Assembly: GCA_043228905.1 (NCBI GenBank)
Contig: JBHGNT010000008.1
Coordinates: forward strand, 20,212,001 to 20,276,000
Length of the DNA stretch: 64,000 bases
Direction of reading: 5' to 3'
From: Azolla caroliniana
Lineage: Eukaryota; Plantae; Polypodiophyta
Position numbers and translations under genes: made by a program. Under the pieces are notes generated by a model. It searched no databases and was not told where the DNA came from. It saw only the letters and a program-made list of their open reading frames with translations. Positions 1 to 10,933 of this stretch are shown here, piece after piece (the stretch's first letter is position 1; the number at the start of each line of letters is the position of its first letter).

Positions 1-286
1 AGCCGAGAGAGAGAGAGAAAGGAAGAGGTCGACGCCTCTGTGTATTACCGCCGCCTGTGGCGAAGACAGTGAGCTCAAGGTTGTTGCCTTGTAGCTTCAC
101 CATTGTACATCTCTGTGTATAGTGATAGTTGGAGTTTGAGGACTCCCGTGGTTTTTCCCATTTAGGGTTTTCCACGTAAAACACCCTGTGTACTCTTCTC
201 TCTATTGTCTTCGTGCACTTTGTATTTCCCGTTTTCTGTGAGTTGATCCTATTCCTCGGTTTGTGACCGAGCGCTGTTTTGCAATA
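1..286 (+). mobile_element. 3' part of a Ty1/copia LTR inserted into the gypsy protease region
   Basis: Clear similarity to the LTR at 2758-3474 and to the reverse complement of the LTR at 61589-62285 (gaggtcgacgcctctgtg...gggttttccacgtaaa). Gypsy sequence resumes at 287. Confidence 0.75.
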
Positions 287-648
287 GGTAGTCCTAAAAC
301 TATAGGATGTTCTGGGATACTAATAATATTAAATGATACTACACATTCTAAGTTATCTAGGACAATATTAATGGGCTCTGACTCTTCTAGGATATTTCCG
401 GAAGCAATGGGACGTCCATCAATGACTACTACAGAGGCTGGACACTGGAGTTTTCTCAGGGATATCTTATGAGCTTGAGCAAATTTCTTATCCATAAAGC
501 AAGAGTTAGCTCCGGAATCTAGGAGTGCTAGGACATGTACTGGAGGGGTACTTTTAGTACTAACTATTACTTGGGCTACGAACACATCACTAACTTGCTT
601 AGAGGGAATGGAACCACTAATGGGCTGCACAGATCTAGGGCTGTCCAA
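287..648 (-). pseudogene. Retroviral-type aspartic protease, truncated by copia LTR insertion
   Basis: ALLDSGANSCF...IVLGLP motifs. Confidence 0.85.
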
Positions 649-674
649 CCAAACGGCTCCTATTTTGGCTGGAC

Positions 675-1610
675 TTAGTCGTTTAACTCTTCTTCTAACT
701 GACTAAGGACATCAAATTTGTTTGCTAGATCTGGGATATTAGTACTATTAGGACTATCAGATATCCCTACTGAAATAGGCTCGGATTTAGTACAATTAGA
801 ACTAGCGACTATTTGGTTTACCTGTCTTCTTGACCTATGGGGGCAATTTATTGCGATATGTCCTGGTCCACCGCAGTAAAGACATAGTCGATTTGTACGG
901 TGTCGCTGCTTTTCTTCTTCGGATAATGGCCCTCGACGACGTGTAGTGTCAATCTCCATCGGAGTCGGAGTATTCGCTGGAGACGCATTATATGTCTCCC
1001 TCGGAAAAGGTCTTGCTACCACTGAGGCGTAGGTGGGCTCTGATCTTGCCCTCGGCATCTGTAGCTGTCGTTCCGAACGTCGCCGAATTTTGTTGATTGC
1101 GGTCCTGATGCTGTCAGTATCTCCGAAACATGCTTTAAACTCACCTAGAAACTCTTCAAAATTGTTGAGTAACGGAGATTCTTTTTCTAATAGTGGAGCG
1201 AACCATGACAACGCTGAGCCACTTAACAAAGTGCCTACTAAACCCACTCGTGATGCATCGGTGGGATATCGGGAAGGATGCATTTGAATAACTAATCGTA
1301 CCTGGTTAAGGAACCCTCTAAACTGCGATCGCGTTCCATCGAACTTCGTGGGAAGGCCAATCTTAGGTTCTTTATGAATCCCTTGTGTTCCGGGCCCATG
1401 TTGTTGCATCGCTACGATGGTGGCTTCGAGTTGTTGCACGCGTAACGCAAGTTCCCCATGTTGTTGTTGCGTTTGCTGCTTTTCTAAGGAGATTTGCTGA
1501 AGATCCCCCAGCAACCGTTGGTTTTCTTGTTCCAAAGCATGGAACTTCTCCTTCAAGCATTGGAATTCTGAGAAAACAGATTGATATTCTTCAGCGCTAA
1601 CAGTGGCCAT
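675..1610 (-). CDS. gag: Retrotransposon Gag (PEG10/Retrotrans_gag-like, CCHC knuckle), internally deleted
   Basis: PTKFDGTRSQFRGFLNQ, PTPMEID and CLYCGGPGHIAINC motifs. Lacks about 80 aa present in the 60042-60602 copy. Confidence 0.85.
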   Translation of the reverse strand: MATVSAEEYQSVFSEFQCLKEKFHALEQENQRLLGDLQQISLEKQQTQQQHGELALRVQQLEATIVAMQQHGPGTQGIHKEPKIGLPTKFDGTRSQFRGFLNQVRLVIQMHPSRYPTDASRVGLVGTLLSGSALSWFAPLLEKESPLLNNFEEFLGEFKACFGDTDSIRTAINKIRRRSERQLQMPRARSEPTYASVVARPFPRETYNASPANTPTPMEIDTTRRRGPLSEEEKQRHRTNRLCLYCGGPGHIAINCPHRSRRQVNQIVASSNCTKSEPISVGISDSPNSTNIPDLANKFDVLSQLEEELND

Positions 1611-1786
1611 GGGATGAAAGAAAAGAGGAATAAAAGATTAGTAGGAAATGAGAGAGACAGAAGGCAGAAAATTGGTTCAAACTGTCATGAACAGTACTGA
1701 GACAGAGAAGGAATTAGTACTAAACGAAGGATTAGTACTATGAGAGGTGTGGAACTTCTTCGAGAGAAGGAAGAAGTGAGCGAGAC

Positions 1787-1841
<55 letters not shown>

Positions 1842-2137
1842 TGATAAGAAAGATATTTATTATATGAAGAGAATATACAACGGTGGCTAAGAAGGCTTAA
1901 GACTGGCGTTGAACCAATTTGGTTCAACATAATGCCTAGTGCCCTCTTTTATAGTGTTTTCAGGAGTAATCCTGAAGCTTCTAGAATGTTCCAGAGAAAT
2001 CTGGAATATACACTAATTTCCTATAATAAAATGTAAATGAAAATAATATCCTACGTATTACAATAGATGGTCTAATGGTCAAGAGCTCGACCCATATAAC
2101 CTAAGGTCATGGGTTCGAGTCTTGCCATATCATGACA

Positions 2138-3474
2138 ATACGCAGTCGGAGTAGTGAGCCGGTTTATGAGCAATCCCGGCAAGGAGCACTGGAACGCAGT
2201 CAAATAGATACTCCGGTATTTGAAGGGCACTTCAAATATGTGTCTCCGATTCGGCTTCGGAAAACCTCAACTCGACGGCTTTACCAATTCGGACATGTCG
2301 GCTGATGTGGATACAAGCCGGTCTACATCCGGGTATGTAATGACATATGCAGGGGGAGCTGTTTCGTGGCAATCGAGGTTGCAGAAGACGGTTGCATTGT
2401 CAATCACGGAGGCAGAGTACATGGCAGCTGTGGAAGCCGACAAGGAAATATTATGGATGAAGGACTTCATCGGAGAGCTCGGTATCCAGCAAGAGGAATA
2501 CCGACTCTATTGCGACAGTCAAAGTGCCATCCACCTTGCTAAGAATGCGGCCTACCATTCCCGGACGAAGCATATCTAGCGAAGGTATCACTGGATCCGG
2601 GAAAGAGTAGATGACCAGGAGTTCGCACTGACGAAGATCCACACGGCCGAGAACGGGTCAGATATGCTGACCAAAGTGTTGACACCCGACAAGCTGGACG
2701 CATGCCGAAAGAGGATCAGACTGGTAAAACACCCCATGCCGGAGTGAAGGGGGAGTTTGTTGGGAGACAGGTCCCTCCGGATGGGAAGGGAGAAGAACAG
2801 TGTTGATGAACAAACTCGGCCTCGGCCGAAACCGGATGAGGAGTACCCGGCTACGGAGAGCCGGATGGTGCAGACCCGGTATGAACCGGATGAGGAGTAC
2901 CCGGCTACGGAGAGCCGGATGGTGCAGACCCGGTATGAACCGGATGAGGAGTACCCGGCTTCAGAGAGCCGGTATGAACCGGATGAGGAGTACCCGGCTA
3001 CGGAGAGCCGGATGGTGCAGACCCGGTATGAACCGGATGTAGAGACATATTCATAAATATGTTTCTGAGAGTCCATCAAGGCTATATTTGTAAATAGCCG
3101 AAAAGTCGTATTAGTATAAATATGACTTAGGGCAAACTTTTAGTTTTTTTTTGTTGTTATTTTCTTGTTGGTGCAAGAAAAGAGAGAGTGCGTGACTGTA
3201 CAGAGAGTGAGGGAGAGAAAGAGGTCGCTGCCTCTGTTGTAACCGCCATCTGTGGCGAAGATCATGAGCACGAGGTCATTGCCTCCGTGAACTCACTGTT
3301 TGTACATTCCAACATAGTGATAGTTTGCAGCCTGTGGGCTGCCGTGGTTTTTTTCCCTAGTTTGGGGTTTTCCACGTAAACCTCCTGTGTATCTTCCTCT
3401 TTTTTGTGTTGTGTTTCATTTCCCGCTTTCTGTGTATCATTCTAAGCTCGGTTGTGGCCGAGCGTTGCGCATAA
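2138..3474 (+). mobile_element. Ty1/copia 3' end: RT/RNase H remnant, PPT 2741-2755, 3' LTR 2758-~3474
   Basis: STSGYVMTYAGGAVSWQSRLQKTVALSITEAEY and HSRTKHI motifs; PPT ggagtgaagggggag followed by TGTTGG. Confidence 0.9.
2831..3040 (+). repeat. About 51-bp tandem repeats in the copia LTR U3
   Basis: Repeated gaaccggatgaggagtacccggctacggagagccggatggtgcagacccggtat. Confidence 0.9.
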
Positions 3475-4529
3475 GGAGCGTTGAGTTCCCGTCATGCCGA
3501 ACGATATTGCAAACTTTTGCGCAACACGCAACGGGGATTCAAAGGAAGTTTTGGCATTCGAGTCGGCATCGAACAACAACGAGCAGAGCATCCACTCGAA
3601 CTACAGATCTAGTCAAGACACTCTGGACAAGCCAGAGGAAGACGGATCCAAGCACACACTAGAGTTGGAAACTTCGTTACTAACACCGGCGGAACAAGAA
3701 ATTCTAGTTCCAACATCACCGACTAAGGTAGTTGATCCAATGAGGCTAGAAGAAGTGGTTCCGGAACAACCGGAGGAGGAAGACAACCAGATGCCGACAC
3801 AACTGGATAACGAATCCGTACCAGAATTGGAACGGGCCGAAGAAGAAGAAAACATTTCATGCCCATACCCCAAGTACCATGACGAACCGAACGTGGAGGC
3901 ACACATCTATGCCTTTTTATAGACATTGGAGGACAACCATGTCTCAAAGTGGCTAATAGAAGCGAGAGCTAGTTGGATGGTTCTATACTACGTGCCAAGA
4001 AGCAAGCGAAATTGTATCACAATTTATCATCTTATTCTAGACGTTGCACAACCAAGTGACAAGGGCACCCCTGGAGGATGAAATTAAGGAAGTATTTCTC
4101 GCCGCTCTCTGGGAGCCACTACAGACTATGTTAGCAGTGTTAGATTTCCGGTCGAGTACAATTGACGAGGTCATTGATCGGGTGCTCAATATGGATAGGG
4201 CCTAGAATGGTAATTATATGGTAATGGGAACTTCAGAAGAGAATCCCAAGATAGTGCCGCTATTCGAGGTGGACGTTGTCGTATGAATCTTCTCACACTA
4301 TGTAAAAATAATAATAATAATAAAATAAGTACATTATATTAGCTTAATGGCATGTTATAGAAGATAGATGTTTGAGAAGATAGGGAAAATAGAACTATTA
4401 TTTATCCCACATAGATAGGCAACTTAAGGCCCTGGCTATATAAGCACTTTGAAACCCCCCATTTTCATTTGTGCTAAGAGAACTTTGGCCACTTTGTCTT
4501 GATGGATGATGCTGGCCAAGTTCCCAAAA

Positions 4530-5010
4530 ACCGGAAATCGGTCAGTAAGCAAAATCGGAAACCGATCGGTAAGCAAACCTCGAAACTGGCTAGTAAGAAA
4601 ACAGGAAATCGGTTGGTAAGCAAAATCGGAAACTGGCCGGTAAGCAAAACCGGAAATCGGTTGGTAAGCAAAATCGGAAACTGGCCGGTAAGCAAAACCG
4701 GAAACCGGTCGGTAAGCAAAACCGGAAATCGGTCGGTAAGCAATACGAAACCGGCCGGTAAGCAAATCGGAACCGGTGAAATCGGCAATTGGATGATGTC
4801 GAAAATCGGGCAGATCCGACAACCGGCGACGGCCAACCGGACAGACGATAGGATCATGTGGCTAATTAAAGTGAAGTGAAGGGAACAACAGTAAAGGTCA
4901 TGTGGACGGTCGCATGCAACTAAAAGCAAAAGCCATGCAACTAAAAGCAAAAGCCATGCAACTAAAAGCAAAAGCTATGCAACTAAAGTAGAGGCCATGC
5001 AACAAAAAGT
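4530..5010 (+). repeat. LTR-internal tandem arrays: 24-bp (aaaccggaaatcggtcggtaagca) and 21-bp (gcaactaaaagcaaaagccat); also at 11960-12375
   Basis: Direct repeats visible in both LTRs of element A. Confidence 0.9.
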
Positions 5011-5218
5011 GGACATGTGATGATCAACGAAGAACTCCATATATATATATATTTTTGTTTTCCTACACTCATATGCTCTCTCCATATTATCTTAATGTTT
5101 TTTCTTTTCCTTCTGAGCTCCCTTATCTTATCGAAGCCAAGAACCCTAAATTTCCTTACGGAAGTCATAAACCGTAATTTCCCCTACGGAAGCCATATAA
5201 TTTTCCTATCGAATCCGT

Positions 5219-8200
5219 TGTCGCGTTGTTACGCGCTTGTGAGGAGAAAGGCGGGAACACGGGGGCCTTGGACTAGGGAGTGACTGAGCGTAGGAAGTCG
5301 TACTTCACCGTTTCCGAGGCATCTCATGATCACACCGGAAGCAACCGAAGGGAGAGAGAGAAAGAGAGGGAGCGCGCGCTTGACACTGACTCACGCACAC
5401 ACACACACACAGGCCGACTCAACTCACGCCCTTATGTACAGGAAACGCAGGAAAGGGGAAGCACCCGACACCAGCAGAGACACGAATATACACAGATAGA
5501 CGCAAAGGTATATATATAAAAGGAAGAATACATTCCGGGCTTTGAGCCGGACCAAGGTAGGTTACAATAGTTGTCAGCTTCCAAGCCGCCGGTCGGGGAG
5601 CTCACGGGCTTGTCGCGTCGAGCGGGGTCTTGCGCAGGAGACGAGCTGAAGCCAACCCTAAGTGAACACGAAGGGGGAAGAAGAAGAAGAAGAAGAAGAA
5701 GAAATGTCACTAACCCTAAATCTAATGGTATACCCTCTAACGCAAAATGGGCAACCCCTTCACAAAGGGCGCTCCCTTCCTTTTATAGAACAAGGAGAGG
5801 GATGTGTTACAATGTGGGATAAATCTCGACTTACATGGGATCGTCTGTCCCGACTTGACTACTCTTCAGTGCCCTAAAGGCGCCCTCGTTATTCACACTA
5901 AATGTACATGGGTGCGTACACACGTTGCACCCCGCCGATGTAACCAATGTTTCCCGGTTTCCGCCTCTGGCCGAAATTCTTCACGACATCCGCCCCCACC
6001 TAACCGCACGTCCACCGGTACGTGCCAAATCCAGTGAAGGGTGGGAGATTTCGGTCGGTGAGAAACCGGTCTTCCGTGATCCACATCCCGACTCGATGCC
6101 GGTTTGATCCGTCGGCTTTGATTCTTCCTTCGCGCTTACCTCCTCGTAGGCTCGTTCGTCCCGTCGATGGGTCCTCTGCCGCGATCTCCGTAGTACGCGT
6201 ACTTCCGTTGGCCCTTGTTCGGCCGTATGAACGCTTTAGAAAGTAGCGTGCGGAAGCAAGTATGAAGACAAATTAGAGGAAGGAAACACATGTTCAATGG
6301 AGAGCTTGGACTTACACGGTATACGCAGGAGAGACAGAGAGAGTAGACACAAACAACTATATTCAACAATAATACTCAGTCTGTACATAAGACGTGCTCC
6401 GTGAACACTTTTATACAAGTCCTGGAAGGAGTGACCGAAGTACTGACAATACTTCAATGCTCATTAAGAGCTCCTACACTAACTCCCAAATATATTCCTT
6501 ACGGAATATCTTTCCTAACGACCTCCCGGTTTACGCACTCGGCCTAACCGATCGGTCCCAACCGATCCGGTTCTCGGCTTCTTCAGCCGATCCGGCCGAT
6601 GTTGAGCTTGTCTCTCAACAAACGCCCCGCTTCCCGCCGTATGCCCGATGTCCTCCGTTTGAGGCACGCCTGTAGTGGCCCGCTTGGCCTCCATTGACCA
6701 TTCGTGATGTCCTGATTGTCGTCCCATGTTGTTTCGCGTTGCCTTCGTCCTCTCGCTGCCACCTTCCTTCTCCATGGTCTTACATCGCCACGTCGGCTCG
6801 AACCGCCATGGTGTCCGGAATAGTGTGGAGGATCCCTTTCTGGCCTTCTACGCGCTACCTCCGAACCGCGCAACCTATCTCCGTGCTTGCCTTTCCGCTC
6901 TGGCACCTCCGTGCGCCACATACCCTTGTCCGTTGTTTGGCACTGCCTGTGCCGTACTCCGGTTCATTGCACGCCTTGTTGGCCCCTTTCCCGGCCAGAT
7001 CGTGCATCGCCGCTCACCCGCATACTGGTGTTCTCCGCATCCGAGGAACACCCCGTAGTAGCCCGCTTGGCCCTTCCTGTCTTCGTGCTGCTGCAACAGG
7101 TCTTGAGTCTTCCGCTTGCCGTCGTCCCCTCGCCCCCACCAGCTTGTCATCCCGGCTTGCCGTGTCAGTCTTCGCTACTTTGACGGAGCTACCGAGATCT
7201 ACGAAGCGAGTGTGGAGGATCCTCCTCCGGCCTCTCTTGCCATCCCCTGACTCCAACCCTGTGCAGTCCACTAGGCACTTGTCACCTCGTTCTCGGCACC
7301 TCCCTTGTGCCGTCTTCCGCTTCCTTTGTTTGGCACTGCCCGTGCTGAACACTGTCCCGTAGTCACGCTTCGATCCGGCCCGCGATGGCCACTTGCGAGA
7401 CTCTTGTTCCGTCCTAGGTGTGCCTTTCCGGCCCGACACACCTCCTCGTGTTTGCCCCTACCGGCTCCTTCCGAAACCTCGTGTCGTCGGGTCCCGTTCC
7501 CTGCCGCCACCAACCTTCTCTCTCGGTGTCATGTTGCCACCTTAGCCGAACTGCCGGAGTCTCTGGTTAAGTGTGGGGATCCCGTAGGACCGGACTTCCT
7601 TTCGCTCACTGACCTTGCCGGAAGGTCCGATTCGGTTCGTAGCCGCACTGCCGGCCTGATACCTTCTTTCTCTGCTTGCGTCGTCCAGTCACGTTCACCT
7701 ATTGCCACCGTCCCTTCCTATACGCCGGCTCTCGGGCCGACCGCCGGATCGGTGTGAGGATCTCCGTCGCCCTTTTCCTTCGTCACCTCACCGCCACCGT
7801 CAGTATCTTGGTCTTACATCGACCGCGTTGCCGACTGCCGAAGTCTCTAGAACCGGTGTGAAGGATCCTCCTTGGGCCCTCGATTTGTCTTCCTGACCCT
7901 GTCTTGGGTCGTCCTTTTCCGCATGCCGAGAGGGTGTTTTGTTCCGCACCCTCTCCCGTGGTACCGACGTACCGTCTCCTCGGCCTCTCCGTAGGCCTGC
8001 TCTCTTCCTCCCTCCCGGAATGGTCATCCGGGAGTCCGCTCCGCCCGATTCTCGTCCTGGTCCGTTCGTCCTTCTCCGTATTGTTGGGTCCCGTTCTCCT
8101 GTTGCCACCGATCTCTCCTATAGGACTCACGCCGGCACTCGGGCCGGCAACCGGATCGGTGTAAGGAACTCCATAGGACCGGCTTTCATTCTCTTGTTCT

Positions 8201-9499
8201 TCTCCCTTCCAACTCCCAACCTTTGCCCAATCGGTTTTTCTCCCCATGTAAAAGAGGGCGGTTCGTCCTGCACCCTATCCCGTATCAGCACCTTTATGCC
8301 GATTCTGGCCCCGATCGAACAATCCACGACCGGATTACGCTCCATCCGAATCAGAATGTCGATCTTCTCGTACCGCTTCCGTCCTCGGCGTCCTCGCAAG
8401 CCGTTCCCCATCCATCTTCGCTGGCATCGTGCCAGGACTCCTCGGTGCCGCCATCCATCTCCTCGGTCTTACATGGGCTTACGGGCCCGAATGCCGAGTT
8501 CTCCGGAATCGGGTCCGTGGGCTTTCGTCCGCTCCTTCCCCGTATCGTCTCGCTGGTGACTCTTGGTCTTTCGCCACCGCCTTGGTCGCGCCCCGGTGGG
8601 TCTTTACCGATGCTACCCACTGGTCGAAGTCGTGTCGTCCCCGGCTCTTCCGCCGTCCTCCATATGCCTTCAGGAACGCCTCTTCGAAGGCCTCCCACGA
8701 ACTATGAGCCTCACGGAGCTCCTTTACTTCCGCATGCATCCGGACAGCTACGACCCGACAGAAGAACTCCAGCCTCAACGCCTCGTCTACGCCGTGCTCC
8801 TCCATTTCCGCGTTGTAGGCTTTCAAGTAGGATGGGACTTTGTCCACGTTGAAACGACTAACTCTTTCGACCACTCGCTCAACTTCTTGTTGCGCTGCTT
8901 CTCGCCTCATCACCACTCGTGCCGACTCCAACACCACTTCGGCCACCATCTCCGCGAGGTCGTCGTCTTCCGACTCTATCCTCCCTTGCCGCCTTTCATG
9001 TCAGGTTCACCAAATATGTCGCGTTGTTACGCGCGTGCGTGGAGAAAGGCGGGACCACGGGGGTCTTGGACTAGGGAGTGACGGAGCGTAGGAAGTCGTA
9101 CTTCATCGTTTCTGGGGCATCCCAGGAGCACACCAGAAGCAACCAAAGGGAGAGAGAGAAAGAGAGGGAGCGCGCGCTTGACACCGACTCACGCACACAC
9201 ACACACACACATAGGCCGACCCGACTCACGCCCTTATGTACAGGAAACGTAGGAAAGGGGAAGCACCCGACACCAAAGGGCGCTCCCTTCCTTTTATAGA
9301 ACAAGGAGAGGGATGCGTTACAATGTGGGATAAATCCCGACTTACATGGGATCGTCTGTCCCGACTTGACTACTCTTCGGCGCCATAAAGGCGCCCTCGT
9401 TATTCACACTAAATGTAGATGGGTGCGTACACACGCTGCACCTCGCCGATGTAGCCAATGTTTCCCGGTTTCCGCCTCTGGCCGAAATTCTTCAGGACA
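5219..9499 (-). mobile_element. Non-autonomous gypsy-type LTR element B nested in the 5' LTR of A (LTRs 5219-5988 and 9017-9499)
   Basis: TG...CA LTR pair, the second with a ~290-bp deletion. TSD CCGT (5215-5218/9500-9503), PBS at 9001-9012, PPT at 5989-6000, gag remnant 8479-8949. Confidence 0.88.
6235..6620 (-). mobile_element. Solo LTR of the copia E family
   Basis: Homologous to 18047-18478 (ends gttgagcttgtctctcaaca). TSD AACGC at 6230-6234/6621-6625. Confidence 0.85.
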
Positions 9500-9982
9500 C
9501 CGTATCTTAGTTTCTTCTAATCTATTATTCTAGTAATCTCCATAAGCTAAAACTTTTGTAATCCCAATCTTGGGATTGATTGTAATTTTTCTTTTCTATT
9601 TATTAATGAAATTTGTCAATCTTTCTCATTTTCCATTAATTGTTTTATATAAGCATACGAATTTGATATCTTCTTGTCGGAGACCCGAGGCCAGGGTCTT
9701 GCCTCAAAGTTCACGTATCCTCGTCGTATTTTCGCGACATCTTTGGTGAACCCGATGTGTAACGAGGCGGCAGGAGGATATCTTATGGAGGCATATAGAT
9801 ACAAAGAGCCGAAGAGATGCAAACTATACGAGTTCGACCAATGGGTATCATCATTAAAGACCCACCAAAGTGCCATGCATGCTTTCATTGAGTTCGAGTG
9901 TCGCTTTGCACAACTCTCGGAGCGGGATCAAAGATTGGGTGGGGTGGAGAAAGTCCGAATGTTCGTGAAATAGATAGACCGG

Positions 9983-10933
9983 ATGGAAATGAATGCCATT
10001 GGAATCCGACTTGAAGATGACGATGGTGCAAATGGCCTCACAGAAGATTGGACGAAAGTGGAAACAATATGTCAACTGCACGATAAGAGGAAGACAAGAT
10101 TCTCATCGGCAACAATACAACCCATGACGGATTGTGAAAGGAGGATGGGAAGCAACTACAAACTACCACCTAAAGAAGAAAACTCAAAGAGGGAAGGTTC
10201 AACAATACTCGACATAGAAGTCTTGATGGAAGACGCATTCAAGAACTTAAAGGCGCAAGTTGAGGCTGAAGAGAAGCTTCAAAAGGAGCAGAAACGGAAG
10301 CAAATGATGAGCGAGGAAGAAGAGGCCTCCCACCAAATGTGGATTAATGTTACGGTTGATACAAAGGCCCAAGTTCGGTACCACGATGTAACCACGGAAG
10401 AAGGTGTGGAACAAGAGACCTTCTCATCTTGCAAAGAAAGAATGACGAAGAAAGAAACCAATGAATTGAGGGTGGCGAATGTAACTTCAAGCGAAGGCAA
10501 ATGTTTCGGAACACACATCGTGTCTGAAACATCAAGTGATGAAGGTGAAAGCATGAGCAAAGCTTGCATGATCAAGGGAGAGAAAAAGTGTGAGGCCGAC
10601 ATGATTGAGGAGATAGCCACGAAAAATGACATCGAGTCAGAGATGGCTATGAACGAGTCAATGGCGGATGGCCATGTCGAGACTTTCTCCACACTTGTTC
10701 CGGAGACTTGGGCAGATGCATTGGAAAGCAAACGTGAGACCCAAGAGGCGGAAGGTGGTGGCGAGGAAGTGAAGGCCAAAGCTAACACATGCAAAGAAGA
10801 GGGAGGCGTGAAGATGAAGAGGGTAGATGATGATCATGAAGAGACTTTCCCCACAAAAGTTCTTGAGACTTGGGCATTAACCGATGTAAGACCCAAGAGA
10901 CAGAAGGTGGCGGCAAAGAAACAAAGGTCATAG
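9983..10933 (+). CDS. Gag-derived N-terminus plus E/K-rich low-complexity ORF of non-autonomous element A
   Basis: 316-aa ORF. Its start (GIRLEDDDGANGLTEDW) resembles the gag of element D (LLETEDRLTAD). Internal repeats. Confidence 0.5.
   Translation: MEMNAIGIRLEDDDGANGLTEDWTKVETICQLHDKRKTRFSSATIQPMTDCERRMGSNYKLPPKEENSKREGSTILDIEVLMEDAFKNLKAQVEAEEKLQKEQKRKQMMSEEEEASHQMWINVTVDTKAQVRYHDVTTEEGVEQETFSSCKERMTKKETNELRVANVTSSEGKCFGTHIVSETSSDEGESMSKACMIKGEKKCEADMIEEIATKNDIESEMAMNESMADGHVETFSTLVPETWADALESKRETQEAEGGGEEVKAKANTCKEEGGVKMKRVDDDHEETFPTKVLETWALTDVRPKRQKVAAKKQRS

Larger units (their letters stand above)
287..2137 (-). mobile_element. Ty3/gypsy (Tf1/Tcn1-like) retrotransposon, 5' portion: LTR 1683-2137, gag, protease
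   Basis: TG...CA LTR with (GA)n tract. Highly similar to the + strand copy at 59175-61588. Gag has a CLYCGGPGHIAINC zinc knuckle; protease has LLDSGANSCF. Confidence 0.9.

Noticed and set aside
2066-2128. Functional tRNA gene
   Set aside because: No complete acceptor or anticodon stems; it is part of an LTR. Kept only as a tRNA-like finding.
2588-4971. Repetitive-peptide ORFs (2588-3079, 4436-4971)
   Set aside because: Translations of LTR-internal tandem repeats.
6620-8480. Many overlapping ORFs in the interior of element B
   Set aside because: GC-rich degenerate repeats giving stop-poor frames, with no recognisable domains.
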